Assembly (NCBI GenBank): GCA_001643675.2
Contig: LSRY02000012.1
Location: forward strand, 372,001-436,000
From: Monocercomonoides exilis PA203
Lineage: Eukaryota; Protista; Preaxostyla
Reading direction: 5' to 3'
DNA: 64,000 nucleotides
Under the pieces are notes generated by a model. The model worked only from the letters and a program-made list of their open reading frames with translations. It had not been told where the DNA came from and searched no databases. Both the position numbers and the translations under genes were made by a program. Below are positions 25,001 to 36,388 of the stretch, piece by piece; within the stretch, counting starts at the first letter, position 1, and the number at the start of each line of letters is the position of its first letter.

Positions 25001-28000
25001 TGGATATGATGTTGGTGAACGTAATCTTCTGTCAACAATAACAGTGATAGGAACTGGGCCGATAGAAGGAACGGGAGGACTCATAACCACAAGTGTGGAC
25101 TGTTCATTTGCAGCAATAACCTTCACCCTCTCTTCAACCTCGTTAACACCTTTTTCGTCGATTTTCGATGTGAGAGATGAAGAGCTCTTTATGACTGACT
25201 GCACACTGACAATATCCGAAGACCTCGAATCATCAGAGATTATCGAATACTCCTTTGCATTGGTTTCAGAAGGTTCAATCAACTTTGCACACTTTTTGAT
25301 TCCCGGAATGCTTTGCGTCTCTCAGCCAATCATATCAATCACTGGCTCGCGCTCAAGCTGCGAAATTGATTTCTTAAGTGTGAACAAAGTCACAGTCAAA
25401 GGAAATAAAGGGTTAATTTATGCAGCAGACAGCAGACTTCTCACAATTCACAATTCTTCAATTGAAAGCTGCAGCATGGATGAATCTAGTCTGATTGAGA
25501 TATCTTCAATTCAAGTACTGGAAGCAAAAAACACTTCCTTTCTCACAATTACGCGCTCAAAAGGAAATGGATCGTGCTTTGACATCACAGCTGGAAATGC
25601 AAATGAACACCAACTTTCAGTCGAGAACTGTTCATTTGATGGCTGTGCTGTTGCTGAAAATGGGAGCGGGGGTGGTGGATTGTTTTGTTCTCTGTCGAGT
25701 CCACGTTCATTGTCAATCACTCTGTGCACCTTCAATGGCTGCGAAGCACCTTCAGACATGCTTGAAGGGTTTGGTGGAGGGATATTTCTCGATCTTGTTA
25801 ACTCAGATGCTGGATTTGTTGTTTCAGCTCCATCCTTTGCAACAGAAAGCCCAAACAAAGCAAAACATGGAAGCGATCTGTTTGTCTGCTCGCCAGATCT
25901 GAAAGCAAGCATCACAATGGAATCTCTTCCTTTTGCAGCTCAATGTGACCATGGTTCATTCAATAACTTGCAAGGATATTACGGTGAGGACCATGAAAAT
26001 GCAGTTCCTCTGGTTCTGCTTCTGGAGGATGTCGGACAAACCCTCTATGCAAGCCTCAGCAATGGAGCCAATACATTTGTTTGCGGGTTTTCAGATTACC
26101 CATGTGCATCGCTGGATTATGGGATGCAGAGATTGGCCCAGATCAATGGGAAGGCAATAACCATCAGCACTTCAACAGAAATCAGAAACGAAATGTGCTT
26201 GCATAATGCTGAGGTGAAGTCTGCAAGCAACTCGAAAATGAAAATATCTTTTCTGAAAGCTGTGAGCACTCTATCAGGAAAAGTATTAACTGTCTCAGGG
26301 GATTCTTCGATTGAACAGGCAATGCTTGCAATCCCATCATCATTCAACAACGATGTCCTGTCGCTGATTTTCTTGTCTTCTGAAAGCAACTTTTCAATGG
26401 TTGAATGTCTGCTCAGCATGCAGGAGGGCGAAGTGGATCAGGTGAGCTTTCAGCTGTTTGAGTTGTGCGGAGGAATCCTCAAAATGGATCATTGCTCACT
26501 GCAATCTGATTGCATCTCTCATGCACCAATTGGAGTGAGAGCAAATGAAGATACATCTTCGGATGCTATCACTTTGAAGATCATGAACTCTGTAATTGGC
26601 AGTTACCCCCTTATTTGTGTCATTCCTTCCACAAATAAACACCAAAAAAATGACAATGCAAACAACAACGTTTTGACTCTTTTTGGATGTTCATTTGAAA
26701 AGATAACTCGCGAAGATAATGATGCTAATTGTGCAATATTGTTCTCATCGCTTGTATCAATGGATATAGAGTGCGACCAATGGAATGCAACAGATATTAA
26801 AGGTGCGCAAAGCGATGAAGGAGGGGCATTGAAGGCAGTGATTGGCTCAACTGGCTCATTCAAGATCAAAAACAGCACATTCACAAAATGTTGCGCAGAA
26901 AGCGAAACAAAAGGCAAAGGAGGAGCGCTGCTTGTAGACTGCTCATCATCAGATGCCTTTTTGCTTGCGGATATAACTTTCGAAATGTGCAACGCATCTG
27001 TAGGAAAGAATATGTTTGTCATTTCGTCTGATCTCAATTTATCAATAACAGCAGAAAGACTTGCATTTGACATTTCTGCTTCAGAAGCCAGCAATAATCT
27101 GTTCGTTGGAAGCGACTCAACAAAAACAGATTTTGATCTCCTCCGTTTCTTGATCCCATTCATTTCTTCTGAGATATGTCTGAGCAAAAACAACGGCTGG
27201 GACGTTTCAAGGTGCGGAGGTGAGGGAGAGCCTTGCATGACAATACAATATGGACAAATGCACTTTCCTTCTTCAAGCGATGAATCCGATTCAGCATTGA
27301 ATAAATTTGTTGCAATGGATGAGGTGCTTGTTGACTGCGAGGTTGATGTGACAAACATGGTTGTTACATCAAAAACTGTGGAGAATCATTCATTGCTGAA
27401 ATTCAATCCAGTCATTTACCCCAAGCCAGGAATTGAAGATGTATGTGACTCGGTACTTGCAAACACAGGTGAATGCAGCTTCTTGAATCTTGGCATCTGC
27501 TGTAGCTGCAGCGCAGAATGGCAACACTCCAGTTTGATTTGCTCATCAGGCAAAAGCCTCTCTTTCAACAACTGCATATTTTCTGGAGTCATTGGCGAGA
27601 CAATCACATATTGCGTGGTTGTTTGCTTGTCAGGAATATGCGAGCTGAGTTTTTGTTCGTTTGAATCAATGAAGTGTGCACATCACATTGCAATGACATC
27701 TTCTCTTGGCAGTCTTTCCTTGACAAACACAACAACAAACAACATCGAGCTCACTGGAAAAAGTGTTATTGCTGCTCAACAACAGCAAGAAGCACACCGA
27801 GCGAACGATGGAGAAGGTCACACAATTCAACTGAAGTGCTGCACTCTTCACTCGCTGCAACAGAGCACTCCTTCAGATCCATCCATTGTTCAATGTCTCA
27901 CAAGCGAAACAATTACCGTTTCCGTCCTGAACACATCGATAAAGAGCTGTGGAAGCAGCGCAAGCGAGAAAGGAGGAGGCGTGATAATGAAGTTGAACGA

Positions 28001-31000
28001 AGGAGGATTGCTCGAGTGCTGCTATTCGAACTTAACTGGTTGTTTCTGTTCCACAACTGGAAGAGGAGGTGCAATGTATCTGGACTGCACAACAGCGGAG
28101 ACAGAAGAGCTGGCTCCATTCAAGTTTGTGAACTCAACATTTTTGGAGAACAGAGCATTCAGGGGAAGAGACTTGTTTGTGAAGTGCAGCAAGATCGATT
28201 CACAAATCGGACTAGCCCAATTCCAGCTCGATTTTCGTCCTCCGTTTGTCAAGGAGCTCGCAATTTGGGGCTGCACAGACGAGCACTTCGAGAACGAGGA
28301 GGATCTGTTGCTACTTGTGATTGCGTATCAGAACGAGATTGTATTTGTCTCGTCCACAGCTGAAAACAATACAGACTCACGCCAGTGCGGAGCAGCCAGC
28401 GGACCATGCACTTCGTTGAATACTGGTCTGAACCATGTTATTCCTTCAGTCTTCAGCAATTTGCTGATAGACAAAGAGTGCGCTGTATCTGGAGAAGCAA
28501 GTTTGAGAGACGTGACCATGAAATCAATGCAGCAGGAAAATGAAAGGGGTGTGATAGCGATGAATGCAACAATCGAGAAAAAGTCAAATCATCTTCTCGC
28601 TTGCTCTTCCAGAGTGGCAATCGAGCATTTGACGTTCTTGTTTGGGAATGCCTTTTCTTCAGAACATTTGTGCCTTCTCTGCGTTATTGACGGGAACTTG
28701 TCTGTCACAAACGCATTGTTCACTCAAGAAGCATCTTCGCAGAATTCCGACTCTCTCCTGAACTGCTCGATTATCCAGTTAGAAAGTGGGAGATTAGCAA
28801 TGAACGAATGTTACTTTGTATCTCTCCACATCTGTTCGTCGTGTTTGACTGCAGTAGGTGGAGAGTATTGTTCTTTCTCAAACACAAATATAACTCATGT
28901 GGATGCTAAAACGGCAATAAACTTGCACAATCTCACCAAGCTGCTCATCCATCAAATGCATGTTGCTTTTTGTCTCTTCGAGGATTCATCCATGATTCTT
29001 CATGACTGCAGAGATTGCCAAATCGAAAAATTGCAAATGAACAAAGTGCAATCAAAAATTAATGTAATTGCATTCACGTCAGACAGAACTGATGTCAAAG
29101 CAAACATTCGGTGCTATCTCTTGGAATTCGAAGATATATCTGTTTCTGCAGGATCGTTGCTTTTCATTGCATGTGAAGACTCCTCCACAGAAATGAGCAA
29201 CTTAACTTTTGATGGAATAACCCTTTCCAATGGATGTGTGGTGAATGCCGAATTCAGTTCATCAAAACTGAAACTGAAACAATCATTATTTTCCAACATC
29301 ACCAGAAATTCTGCTGGGCCATGCTGTTTATCAGCAGAGTCACCATCATCTCAAGTTGCAATGGAGGACTGTTCATTCGAGAAATGCAAATCAGCATCAG
29401 CAAAAGGGAGCATCATCAGCATCGCAGGATTAAATCAAGTTGAGATCGCTTCATGCACTTTTGATGGGGCGAATGCTGCGCGGAACACAAACGAGAATGA
29501 GGAACATTCAGGAGAGGTCTGTCAGTGGAATGGGTCTGTTGTCGATTTGGACAAGAGTTCAGCGATGATAAAAGACACAACAATTGCCAATGCATCAAAC
29601 GGAGGATTGACAGTGAACGAATGCAATGTCACAATGCTGAAAGGCGAGATGCTCAACAACAACCCGAAGATAGAAAAATACCCTTCAGCCAGGAGAAACA
29701 TCATTTGCTTTGGCTCTGCAGCACTGAACATTGGAAGCTTGAAAGGAGGAGATGGCGCAAGAGACAATTCATCTCTGTGGATTCTGAATAACGGATGCAA
29801 GCTGGAAGGGTTGGCTGCAGGAAGGCAATCGCCCCTCTTCATTCCAACACTTGGGTCTGTAGAAGCAAATGACTTGGGAAGCTGCACAGAGCTTCGATTT
29901 CATGGATCTCTTCTCCTTCCTTGCAACTTGTCATATCGTCTTTCCATCACTCAAGGCGATGCCAGCCTCCTCAATGTGTACCCTCTTGAAAAAGATCAAA
30001 GCATATCTGAAAATGAAGCCCATTCATCCATTCTTTCATCAATTGTCTCAGATCTCCCTGATAGTGCAGAAGTTTCTGTATCAATTCTGTTTGGAGACTT
30101 GAATTCTCCGTCTTCAACAGCTTCTTTCGTTCTGAAGAACAGAAGCGTGCCCAAGGCAAATGGAGGCGAAAGGGTTGTTGAGGGAGGAAAAGAAGAGAAA
30201 TTCTCATGGATATTGATTGTGTGCATTGTAATTGTAGTCGTACTTTTAATTGCATTGGTAATATTTGTTGTTCGATGGAGAAAACAGAAGAGAAGAACAG
30301 AAGAATTGGAAGTGATTGTGGAAGACACAGTGAGGAAGGATCCGAAGGCGTTTGAGATGGTGACGATGGAGATGTCTCCTGAAGCGCAATGGAGAAGAGC
30401 AGAGAAAGAGGCAGAAAAGAGTAATGAAGAGAGGATAAAGAAGAGGGTGTATGAGAAAAGCTTGGGACATTCAGAGTCATCGGAGCATTTGTTGAGCGAG
30501 AGTGGATCAACTGAATATATTCTGGGGAGAGACTCAGATAAGATTCCTGATTGGGCTCTTGAGAAGGTTGAAGAAGAAGAGATTCAAAAGAGATCACCAT
30601 CGCCTTCCATTTCATCCACTTCAACAACTGATTCAGATTCAACTTTTGTTCGAGGAGAGGATCTGTGCCCCACCACTTCATCAATGTCTAATCTGGTGGA
30701 TGCAATGGCCTGTTCGTCTCCTCATGAAAAGCTGATTGTGGATCTGAGGGATTCGCTTTTCATGCTGTTGCATGGGAGGAACGAGAAGAAAGAGATGGCG
30801 ATTGGGAGTCTTCAACAAAGGGAGCAAACAGCTGCTCAAATCCTGTTCTGGGTGGCTAATCTTGCTCTCCACTCGTTTGATGAAATGGATAATCCAGTTC
30901 AATCGCTTGCAAATCTGAGTCCGCATATTGTGCTATTCTCAGAGCACATGGTCATATGCATTGCCCTCCATTCTGACTGTTCTTCTTCTGATGATTCAGA

Positions 31001-31520
31001 CACATCATCCATTTCATCAACATCAACCATTATCACATCAACCTCTGATTGCTCGACAGCAAACAGAAATGGCAGGGACTCACCTCCTCCTTCATCTGCC
31101 TTCGAGGATGATGACGATTACAGAAAGGAGTGCCTGAGGTGGAAGGCACCAGAGCTGATGGCAAACAGAAATGCAGTTGCAACAAAAAAGACAGTGTCGT
31201 TTTCGATTGGGATGATGCTGTGGGAATGCTTAACACTTCAGATCCCATTTGGCGAGTATGAAGCAGAGATAGCGGCACGGAAGATTGTCAACGGAGAAAG
31301 GCCAAACATGGGGAATGCAGACGACTCCAGATTGGGTCAAGTTATGAGATCTTGCTGGAGCGAGAACTATTCAGAGAGGCTGTCGCTAAATGAGCTGAAA
31401 AGAGAGTTCATCAAGCTGTTTCCCGCTGGAAGCGTAATGTTAACAGTAACAGATGCCATTACGTTTGAATCGTCAAGCAAAGGCAACGAAACAACAACTT
31501 TATCGACAACATTCAATTGA
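22077..31520 (+). CDS. Giant type-I membrane protein: Cys-rich beta-helix (PMP/pectin-lyase-like GGA/FxxN) repeats, one TM helix, cytoplasmic kinase-like (pseudokinase) domain
   Basis: Single 3147-aa ORF with a hydrophobic N-terminus, GGAI/GGAV/GGGL repeats, five CGxxxxxC modules, TM WILIVCIVIVVVLLIALVIFVV followed by RWRKQKRR, and kinase C-lobe LRWKAPEL...SFSIGMMLWECLTLQIPFG...GERP. Confidence 0.85.
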   Translation: MNVDNFSVWFLILVINICIQSYQPCTSCGNTAQNREQIPNHINMNEIKQKTETSSSQLHLFFHHHHISSDTTNESPSPFQASRSACSLPEEDIKKHAFDRNSYENDFSSKDKQSAKHSHIPNNQQFMMAASFFLTNSTFTICNCKKLQSKNNASLIIADNSRVELVACSINILSFSKVAPLHIRGGLIVARNISFIQEMDASLIPSLTTSPDHARQLKASLLMLESSFNSICVSSPPFIGNGFFEDVDISMCTFLNVSSHLPCSAKHTSNHNQMGGMANCFVSDCTSPLYETIICASFGKGFFSSNTTFIRADNTLSNRNYTSNAGSFSEGEIEFTNCNFTGCTAQHGGAISVSELCSLIIEACSFFECYSTHTEDHGFGGAVFCNGSSCEIVSSTFIKCQGSGRVSVGGAYGHIATGSAFIRENKFNNCSASYGGAVAWYLGGSGSIYDCEFINNKAMRNRFAGTVFYRYNKQNIEISNCSISGGSAPLGAGGLDISDNDHNTSLLIQFCLFENNTVQKETHAADIYLGKGYDADTAVNEIKHCFTLSNAPRHVVICARYAEECGDSGVAHDDWLPSPPSVIHISKDGSDINTCGNIGSECKTVEYGVTRWRSQLNQSILLFSENYIENNIEIESKHIEIIGVSVNESKVMFLANSTTVDLFYVANGFLKVDSTSFVCVFNRTAIHVVSPGTLQLELCAFTKDLSSNLPSTQSLLQVDEGELNMTSVKISGFAFAQGCAVAINDCKMATLVNASFSNIVSNQNGGCMSVVCSEALEESSSISFDTCEFDACCTQGDDTGGGGLFICFSTGFSCTVVDTRFDHCTAAFEEGKSGKGGGLMMDLRDENSIFNISGAQFTSSNNAAFGKNAFVHSPNLNASILLPRFGFWQESDSPQLLMGSDKRVPNTIIPLEIFLKTRGDFVFVSSTGSDNVCCGHPLYPCKTLSYSFDVQASVKKKIKISQKIELKEKLALNEVGYDVGERNLLSTITVIGTGPIEGTGGLITTSVDCSFAAITFTLSSTSLTPFSSIFDVRDEELFMTDCTLTISEDLESSEIIEYSFALVSEGSINFAHFLIPGMLCVSQPIISITGSRSSCEIDFLSVNKVTVKGNKGLIYAADSRLLTIHNSSIESCSMDESSLIEISSIQVLEAKNTSFLTITRSKGNGSCFDITAGNANEHQLSVENCSFDGCAVAENGSGGGGLFCSLSSPRSLSITLCTFNGCEAPSDMLEGFGGGIFLDLVNSDAGFVVSAPSFATESPNKAKHGSDLFVCSPDLKASITMESLPFAAQCDHGSFNNLQGYYGEDHENAVPLVLLLEDVGQTLYASLSNGANTFVCGFSDYPCASLDYGMQRLAQINGKAITISTSTEIRNEMCLHNAEVKSASNSKMKISFLKAVSTLSGKVLTVSGDSSIEQAMLAIPSSFNNDVLSLIFLSSESNFSMVECLLSMQEGEVDQVSFQLFELCGGILKMDHCSLQSDCISHAPIGVRANEDTSSDAITLKIMNSVIGSYPLICVIPSTNKHQKNDNANNNVLTLFGCSFEKITREDNDANCAILFSSLVSMDIECDQWNATDIKGAQSDEGGALKAVIGSTGSFKIKNSTFTKCCAESETKGKGGALLVDCSSSDAFLLADITFEMCNASVGKNMFVISSDLNLSITAERLAFDISASEASNNLFVGSDSTKTDFDLLRFLIPFISSEICLSKNNGWDVSRCGGEGEPCMTIQYGQMHFPSSSDESDSALNKFVAMDEVLVDCEVDVTNMVVTSKTVENHSLLKFNPVIYPKPGIEDVCDSVLANTGECSFLNLGICCSCSAEWQHSSLICSSGKSLSFNNCIFSGVIGETITYCVVVCLSGICELSFCSFESMKCAHHIAMTSSLGSLSLTNTTTNNIELTGKSVIAAQQQQEAHRANDGEGHTIQLKCCTLHSLQQSTPSDPSIVQCLTSETITVSVLNTSIKSCGSSASEKGGGVIMKLNEGGLLECCYSNLTGCFCSTTGRGGAMYLDCTTAETEELAPFKFVNSTFLENRAFRGRDLFVKCSKIDSQIGLAQFQLDFRPPFVKELAIWGCTDEHFENEEDLLLLVIAYQNEIVFVSSTAENNTDSRQCGAASGPCTSLNTGLNHVIPSVFSNLLIDKECAVSGEASLRDVTMKSMQQENERGVIAMNATIEKKSNHLLACSSRVAIEHLTFLFGNAFSSEHLCLLCVIDGNLSVTNALFTQEASSQNSDSLLNCSIIQLESGRLAMNECYFVSLHICSSCLTAVGGEYCSFSNTNITHVDAKTAINLHNLTKLLIHQMHVAFCLFEDSSMILHDCRDCQIEKLQMNKVQSKINVIAFTSDRTDVKANIRCYLLEFEDISVSAGSLLFIACEDSSTEMSNLTFDGITLSNGCVVNAEFSSSKLKLKQSLFSNITRNSAGPCCLSAESPSSQVAMEDCSFEKCKSASAKGSIISIAGLNQVEIASCTFDGANAARNTNENEEHSGEVCQWNGSVVDLDKSSAMIKDTTIANASNGGLTVNECNVTMLKGEMLNNNPKIEKYPSARRNIICFGSAALNIGSLKGGDGARDNSSLWILNNGCKLEGLAAGRQSPLFIPTLGSVEANDLGSCTELRFHGSLLLPCNLSYRLSITQGDASLLNVYPLEKDQSISENEAHSSILSSIVSDLPDSAEVSVSILFGDLNSPSSTASFVLKNRSVPKANGGERVVEGGKEEKFSWILIVCIVIVVVLLIALVIFVVRWRKQKRRTEELEVIVEDTVRKDPKAFEMVTMEMSPEAQWRRAEKEAEKSNEERIKKRVYEKSLGHSESSEHLLSESGSTEYILGRDSDKIPDWALEKVEEEEIQKRSPSPSISSTSTTDSDSTFVRGEDLCPTTSSMSNLVDAMACSSPHEKLIVDLRDSLFMLLHGRNEKKEMAIGSLQQREQTAAQILFWVANLALHSFDEMDNPVQSLANLSPHIVLFSEHMVICIALHSDCSSSDDSDTSSISSTSTIITSTSDCSTANRNGRDSPPPSSAFEDDDDYRKECLRWKAPELMANRNAVATKKTVSFSIGMMLWECLTLQIPFGEYEAEIAARKIVNGERPNMGNADDSRLGQVMRSCWSENYSERLSLNELKREFIKLFPAGSVMLTVTDAITFESSSKGNETTTLSTTFN

Positions 31521-31649
31521 AATTCTGTGTTGCATTCATTACAAAAAGGAAATGCCTCATGCTTGTTGAAGCATCTGAGCTGCAAAATCAAAAATGAATC
31601 TTCGACTGTGAAATATGAAAAAAAAGAAAGAAAAACAAAAGTCATATGA

Positions 31650-33417
31650 ACGGCAATTGAATCGAAATAATATTTTCAAATCATCACCATTATACTGATC
31701 AATCATAGACTTAAAGTTTTAAGTTTCAATGTCCACGTTTTGCTTTCCACCTTTTCAACGCTTTTGCTCTTTTTTTCATTTTGAAAATTTCATTTAATTT
31801 TCGATTTATCACCATTTCGTTTTCCAATATCTCAATATTTCCTTCCGAATTCACAAACATTTATTCAAAAACATAAGACTCAACAATTCCATACCACTTT
31901 TGTAATTTGTTCATAATAGTTATCCTTTCACAGATATGATTTTTTCTTTGGTTGTGCTCCTATTGCAGAATAGAACTTTTCCTTTTGTAGCCTCAAGTCT
32001 GAAAAAACTTGTAATTGATTACTCATTGCATCCCATTTATTGCATTCGTGCAATGTTTTCATTCTTTCCTCTTCCACTTTCATTCTTCATGTTTAAATTC
32101 AAAATTCATCATCTCTTTCTTTTCCGTTCCATCGTTTTTGAATCTGCTTTCACTTTCTATTTTCAAAATTTCTGCTGTCCATCCTTTTCAGTTTACTAAA
32201 GTTCTTTTTTATTATTATTTGCCTGTAGCGTTTCCTCGTTGAATGCAATTCCTGTCTTTTTCATTTGCCTTCCTTATTCTCTTTCTCTTGCTAAATCCTA
32301 AGAGCTCAGCTCTTTTCCCATTTGTGTTAACATTTCATTGGATTTATTTTTTCGCTTCTCCAATGCGTCTGCAGATCTTTTCTTCTTTCTTTCCAAAAGT
32401 GTGAAAAACAAAAAACAATGGGAAAAAAAAATAAGGAGACATACTAGAAAATCAAAGGATGATTAAGTACGTTTTTTCTCTCTTTGTTCTCTTCAAATTT
32501 TCTCAATCCATTCAGATGTGCTCGCTTATCAATCAAACACCTTTTCATATCCACGAAAAATCGTTTTTGAACGCTTTTTGTAATTAACTGAAATAAAACA
32601 TCCAAAATGTCCCATTCAAGTTGCTCTTTGGCTTCTGTCTTCTCTTTTTCCTTTGCAAGCCAAGCTGTTGATGTAGTATTCATCTGAACGAGGATGAGCA
32701 ATTCAACTTCGTAAATAAATAAAATCAAAAATACAAGTGTTTTGGTGAAGCATTGAATCAGATGAAAATGAAAAACCTTGCTTGCTCTGTGAAGCTCCAG
32801 ACATATTCTTGAAATATCATTGGAGATGCCATTTCTTGCTGTGATAGCAAATGGATGCTTCTTTCATTCCTTCCTTCATTTTTTCCTTTCTTGCTTTTGT
32901 GTCTTTCGCTGATCTAATCAATCAAAACCCCTCTTTTAAACTTGCGTGAAAGAAATTTTGAATAATTGCTGACCATTGAAACGGCATTCCGGAGATACAA
33001 ACAGAAAAAGCCAAAAAAAGTTATCTCTGAGTCATGCATCACCTTCTCTTCTGTTAAAATGTTGTTGATATCAAATTTGATTGAATTAGATCTCCAAAGA
33101 AGCAGTTTTGAAGGCCGCCAATCAAGCAAAATGCATTTTTTCAATCTATGTCTCTTCCATGAATTGTATAACAAAATATGATCCACTGAGTTTTTTCAAC
33201 GTATGCCCATGCATGCATCCAAAAGCAAATCGTGCTCTAACTTTTTCGCGAACTTCTCACTTCAAACGTTCCAAAAGTTGAGAATAACCTTCTTTGTTGA
33301 TGCCTTTTCCCAAATTTCATTCATGCTTTTCTATTGCAACTTTCTTTTGTCCTGAATAGCTTCAATGATATTTCTGTCGTAGAGTCGTGCTTTTGTGTAG
33401 ATTTTTTCAAATATCAT
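31650..33417 (-). pseudogene. Probable decayed coding sequence (charged/coiled-coil protein relic)
   Basis: From ATG near 33417 one minus frame runs about 220 codons with only 4 stops in AT-rich DNA. Further K/E/R-rich broken frames follow (e.g. 32444-32728) with strong purine skew. No family recognised. Confidence 0.4.
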
Positions 33418-34584
33418 AATGAATTTATATCTCATTAAAATATTTCAAAATTATGCTGAAAATTTTTGTGTAAAATAAGGCAACATAGTGTGAAGTACTT
33501 CCTTTTGTGTATGTCTGGCTTTTTTCAATTGATGTTTAAATTTCATGTTTTGGATTTAAATCAAGAACATTTGATAGCGATGAATAAACTTTCTGAAGGC
33601 TATTCAGTTTCGTTTTGCCTAGTTTTTCGTATTAATTGCATGTATTTCTCCACAAACAGCAGCTTAATTAATAAATTACCGGATGATTCTGGCTTTAGTC
33701 ATCGAAGAAAATTACATCAGATGATATTCACAATATTTGATTGTCATCTCGTTTTTTTCATCTTTCAAAACAAATACAATTGCAATTGCAGAAATATACT
33801 TGCACAGTTACACGTTCAAATAAGTGGAGCAATTTTTATGCAATTGAAAAAGATCTCTCACACATAATGGCAATTTAAATTCTTTCAGATTGCCGTTGCT
33901 TTGTGCATGCTCACTGCGAAAATAAATTTGCATATCAGTGCATTAACACAAGATCATCTATTGTATATAATTGCGAAAACAATAATGCTCAATTAATTTC
34001 TAAAAAGGCAAAACCATGAAATCAATATAAACCATAAGTATTTATTGAATCTTTCTCATTTTAAAATTTCTTTAGTGTTTCTCAAAAAAATCGTTTTTTT
34101 CCAAAAGGCATATGATTAAAAACAAGGATTGTGAAATTATAAAAAACTTTTTTTTAACAATATATCGATTCAAAAAATGAAGATATCATTTAACAAGCAA
34201 AAAATAAATATCTGATTAAAAGGAAAAACAAATTTGAGTTCTGTGAGCTTTGTTACAATGTAAAGCAAATTCAAAAGCAGTGCCAATATAGAAACAGTGC
34301 AGCATGCACTTCCACCATCAGCTAAATACTAAAGCTTGCTGTTACAAAAAAAATTGTATCGATTGAATCTTATAAATCTTTATGATTTGTGCGGAAAATT
34401 TTTTGAATAAAAAATGTCTTTTATCAAATGTACCAAGTCCCACATACAAAAGAAAGATAATTATGAAAACGTTGTTGATTAAATAACCCGAAAGGAAAAA
34501 ATTAAAATTAAAATAAAAATTACAAAAAAAATTATGCAAAAGACATTGAAAATAAGTTATGAATTATTATTTCAAAAAAAATAA

Positions 34585-36246
34585 TTATGGATGCGGAACC
34601 AACTGCTCTGTCTCGGTTGAGTGAACTTGCAATTGAGAAGAAGATTCCTTTCCAGCAGACGAGTGCTGCTGATTAGTTGCATTGGATATCCCAGGAGAAG
34701 GAGCGGGAGAGTAAAATGGAGAAGACGAGGCAGGAGGTGTGTGAACAGGGCTTGGAGCAGCAGGGTGAGGCTTTGTTGACGAAAGATAGACAGTTGAAGA
34801 AGACGAAAACGGATTGGATGACAAAGGCATCTGCGGAGGTGTGGAAACAGATGTGAAAGAGGCTGTGGAAAAGGAAAGAGACGAGACACGTGGATGGGGA
34901 GGGACTCCAGAAGGCGATGCGTGTGTTGCCTGAGGCTGAGCAAAAGAAGAAGAAGAAGAAGAAGATGATGATGATGTAGATGATGACGCAAGTTCTTTTG
35001 CACCAGATCCAGCTTGCATTGGAGACTGATGCTCAATGCTTTTTTCTGCAGAACATGAAAGTGATGACGAATTGTCGCCTGTTCGTTCTGCATCCATCGC
35101 CCTCTTTTCACCGCCAAACACTTGAGGCTCTTCGCTTGCAAGAACAAACGGGAGCCATTTGCCAAAATAAAAGTGTTGAACGATTGGAGTTTTCGCCAAA
35201 ACCTCTTTTCTGAACATTTTAAACATCCCATAATTCACTTTTTCCCATTTCTGAACATCAGAAGCAACAGAATACAAAATTGGTGAATGCTCATTGAATG
35301 GGCCAGACTTCACTTGCATTATATAACTGATTGCGTCATAATATAAATAATCATCTTTTAATTGTTGAACAATCCTTGCATCAAGAACTGAATTGACAGG
35401 ATATGCAGTTCCTTTACAACATTTTTAACAAAATGACACAAAGACAAAAATTAACACTGTAAAAAACAATATTTATGCTATTATAAAGCAAACCAATAAG
35501 TTGAGAAGATCCCCACAAAAATGGAATAAACTGATAATCATCAAGTCCCCAAACCCCATGAGAACCTGCTGGCTCCATCCGATACTTAACTTGTAAGTTT
35601 CTAACGAGCAATAAATACCTTGGAAATACTCTCAATCCAACAGCAACCAGGTCGTTTTGAGAAAAACGAAATATTTCATTTAGACATGTCAAAAGACATA
35701 TAAATGCTGATTCATGACCTGTTCCATAATCTATTCGAGTAGAATTACCTTCAAAGCACAAATTTACATTTAGTGATTTTATCCCACTTCAAAACAATAC
35801 AAATTAATATATTCAAACCAAAGGAATCATTGAAATATGGAATAAGTGTTTCTTTTTCAACTTTCATTTCCTCTCCAAGAATAGATTCCATAAATTCTCC
35901 TGCTTTCTAACAACTCTTTGTTAATAAAGTTCATAAACAGAAAAATACAAACAGCTTCAATGGCAGCATGCCATTTTCTATATGCAGGATTTCCATATCT
36001 TTGACTTTGCTTTTCAGGAGGATTTTGTTCTATCAACTGATTCAATTGATCTAATACATCAATAGCAGCATTCAATGCTCGATGAAAAGGTGGGATTGGA
36101 TCTCTAAGTTTCTTGGAGCAAATGCTTTCATTTACTCGAGCAATGAAAGATAGCAATCGACGATACGCTTCTGTTCTTTGGTAAAACTCTGTTAATTCTA
36201 ATGAATGAATTTCCTTTCGAGGTATTTCCGGAACGGACCGCGCCAT
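34585..36246 (-). CDS. PTPA: PP2A phosphatase activator PTPA (Rrd1/Rrd2 family)
   Basis: Three introns. Motifs QRYGNPAYRKW, SFGNSTRIDYGTGHE, YRMEPAGSHGVWGLDDYQFIPFLWGSSQL, KSGPFNEHSP, EVLAKTPIVQHFYFG, then a Ser-rich tail. Confidence 0.96.
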
Positions 36247-36388
36247 TCAAAAAGGAAATATTACGTTTTGTAAAACTCGTATGACCCAAAACTTAAATAT
36301 TTTTATTTCGATTAAAGTTACCACAACCACACATATCATATTAGTTATAAAATAAAGATAAAAAAAACTCAAAATTTTCATTTTTATG

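Noticed and set aside
33903-34309. Short inverted match GTGCATGCTCACTG versus CAGTGCAGCATGCAC, a possible second palindrome or TIR pair
   Set aside because: Only about 14 bp with a gap and a self-palindromic core; flanks do not align convincingly by eye.
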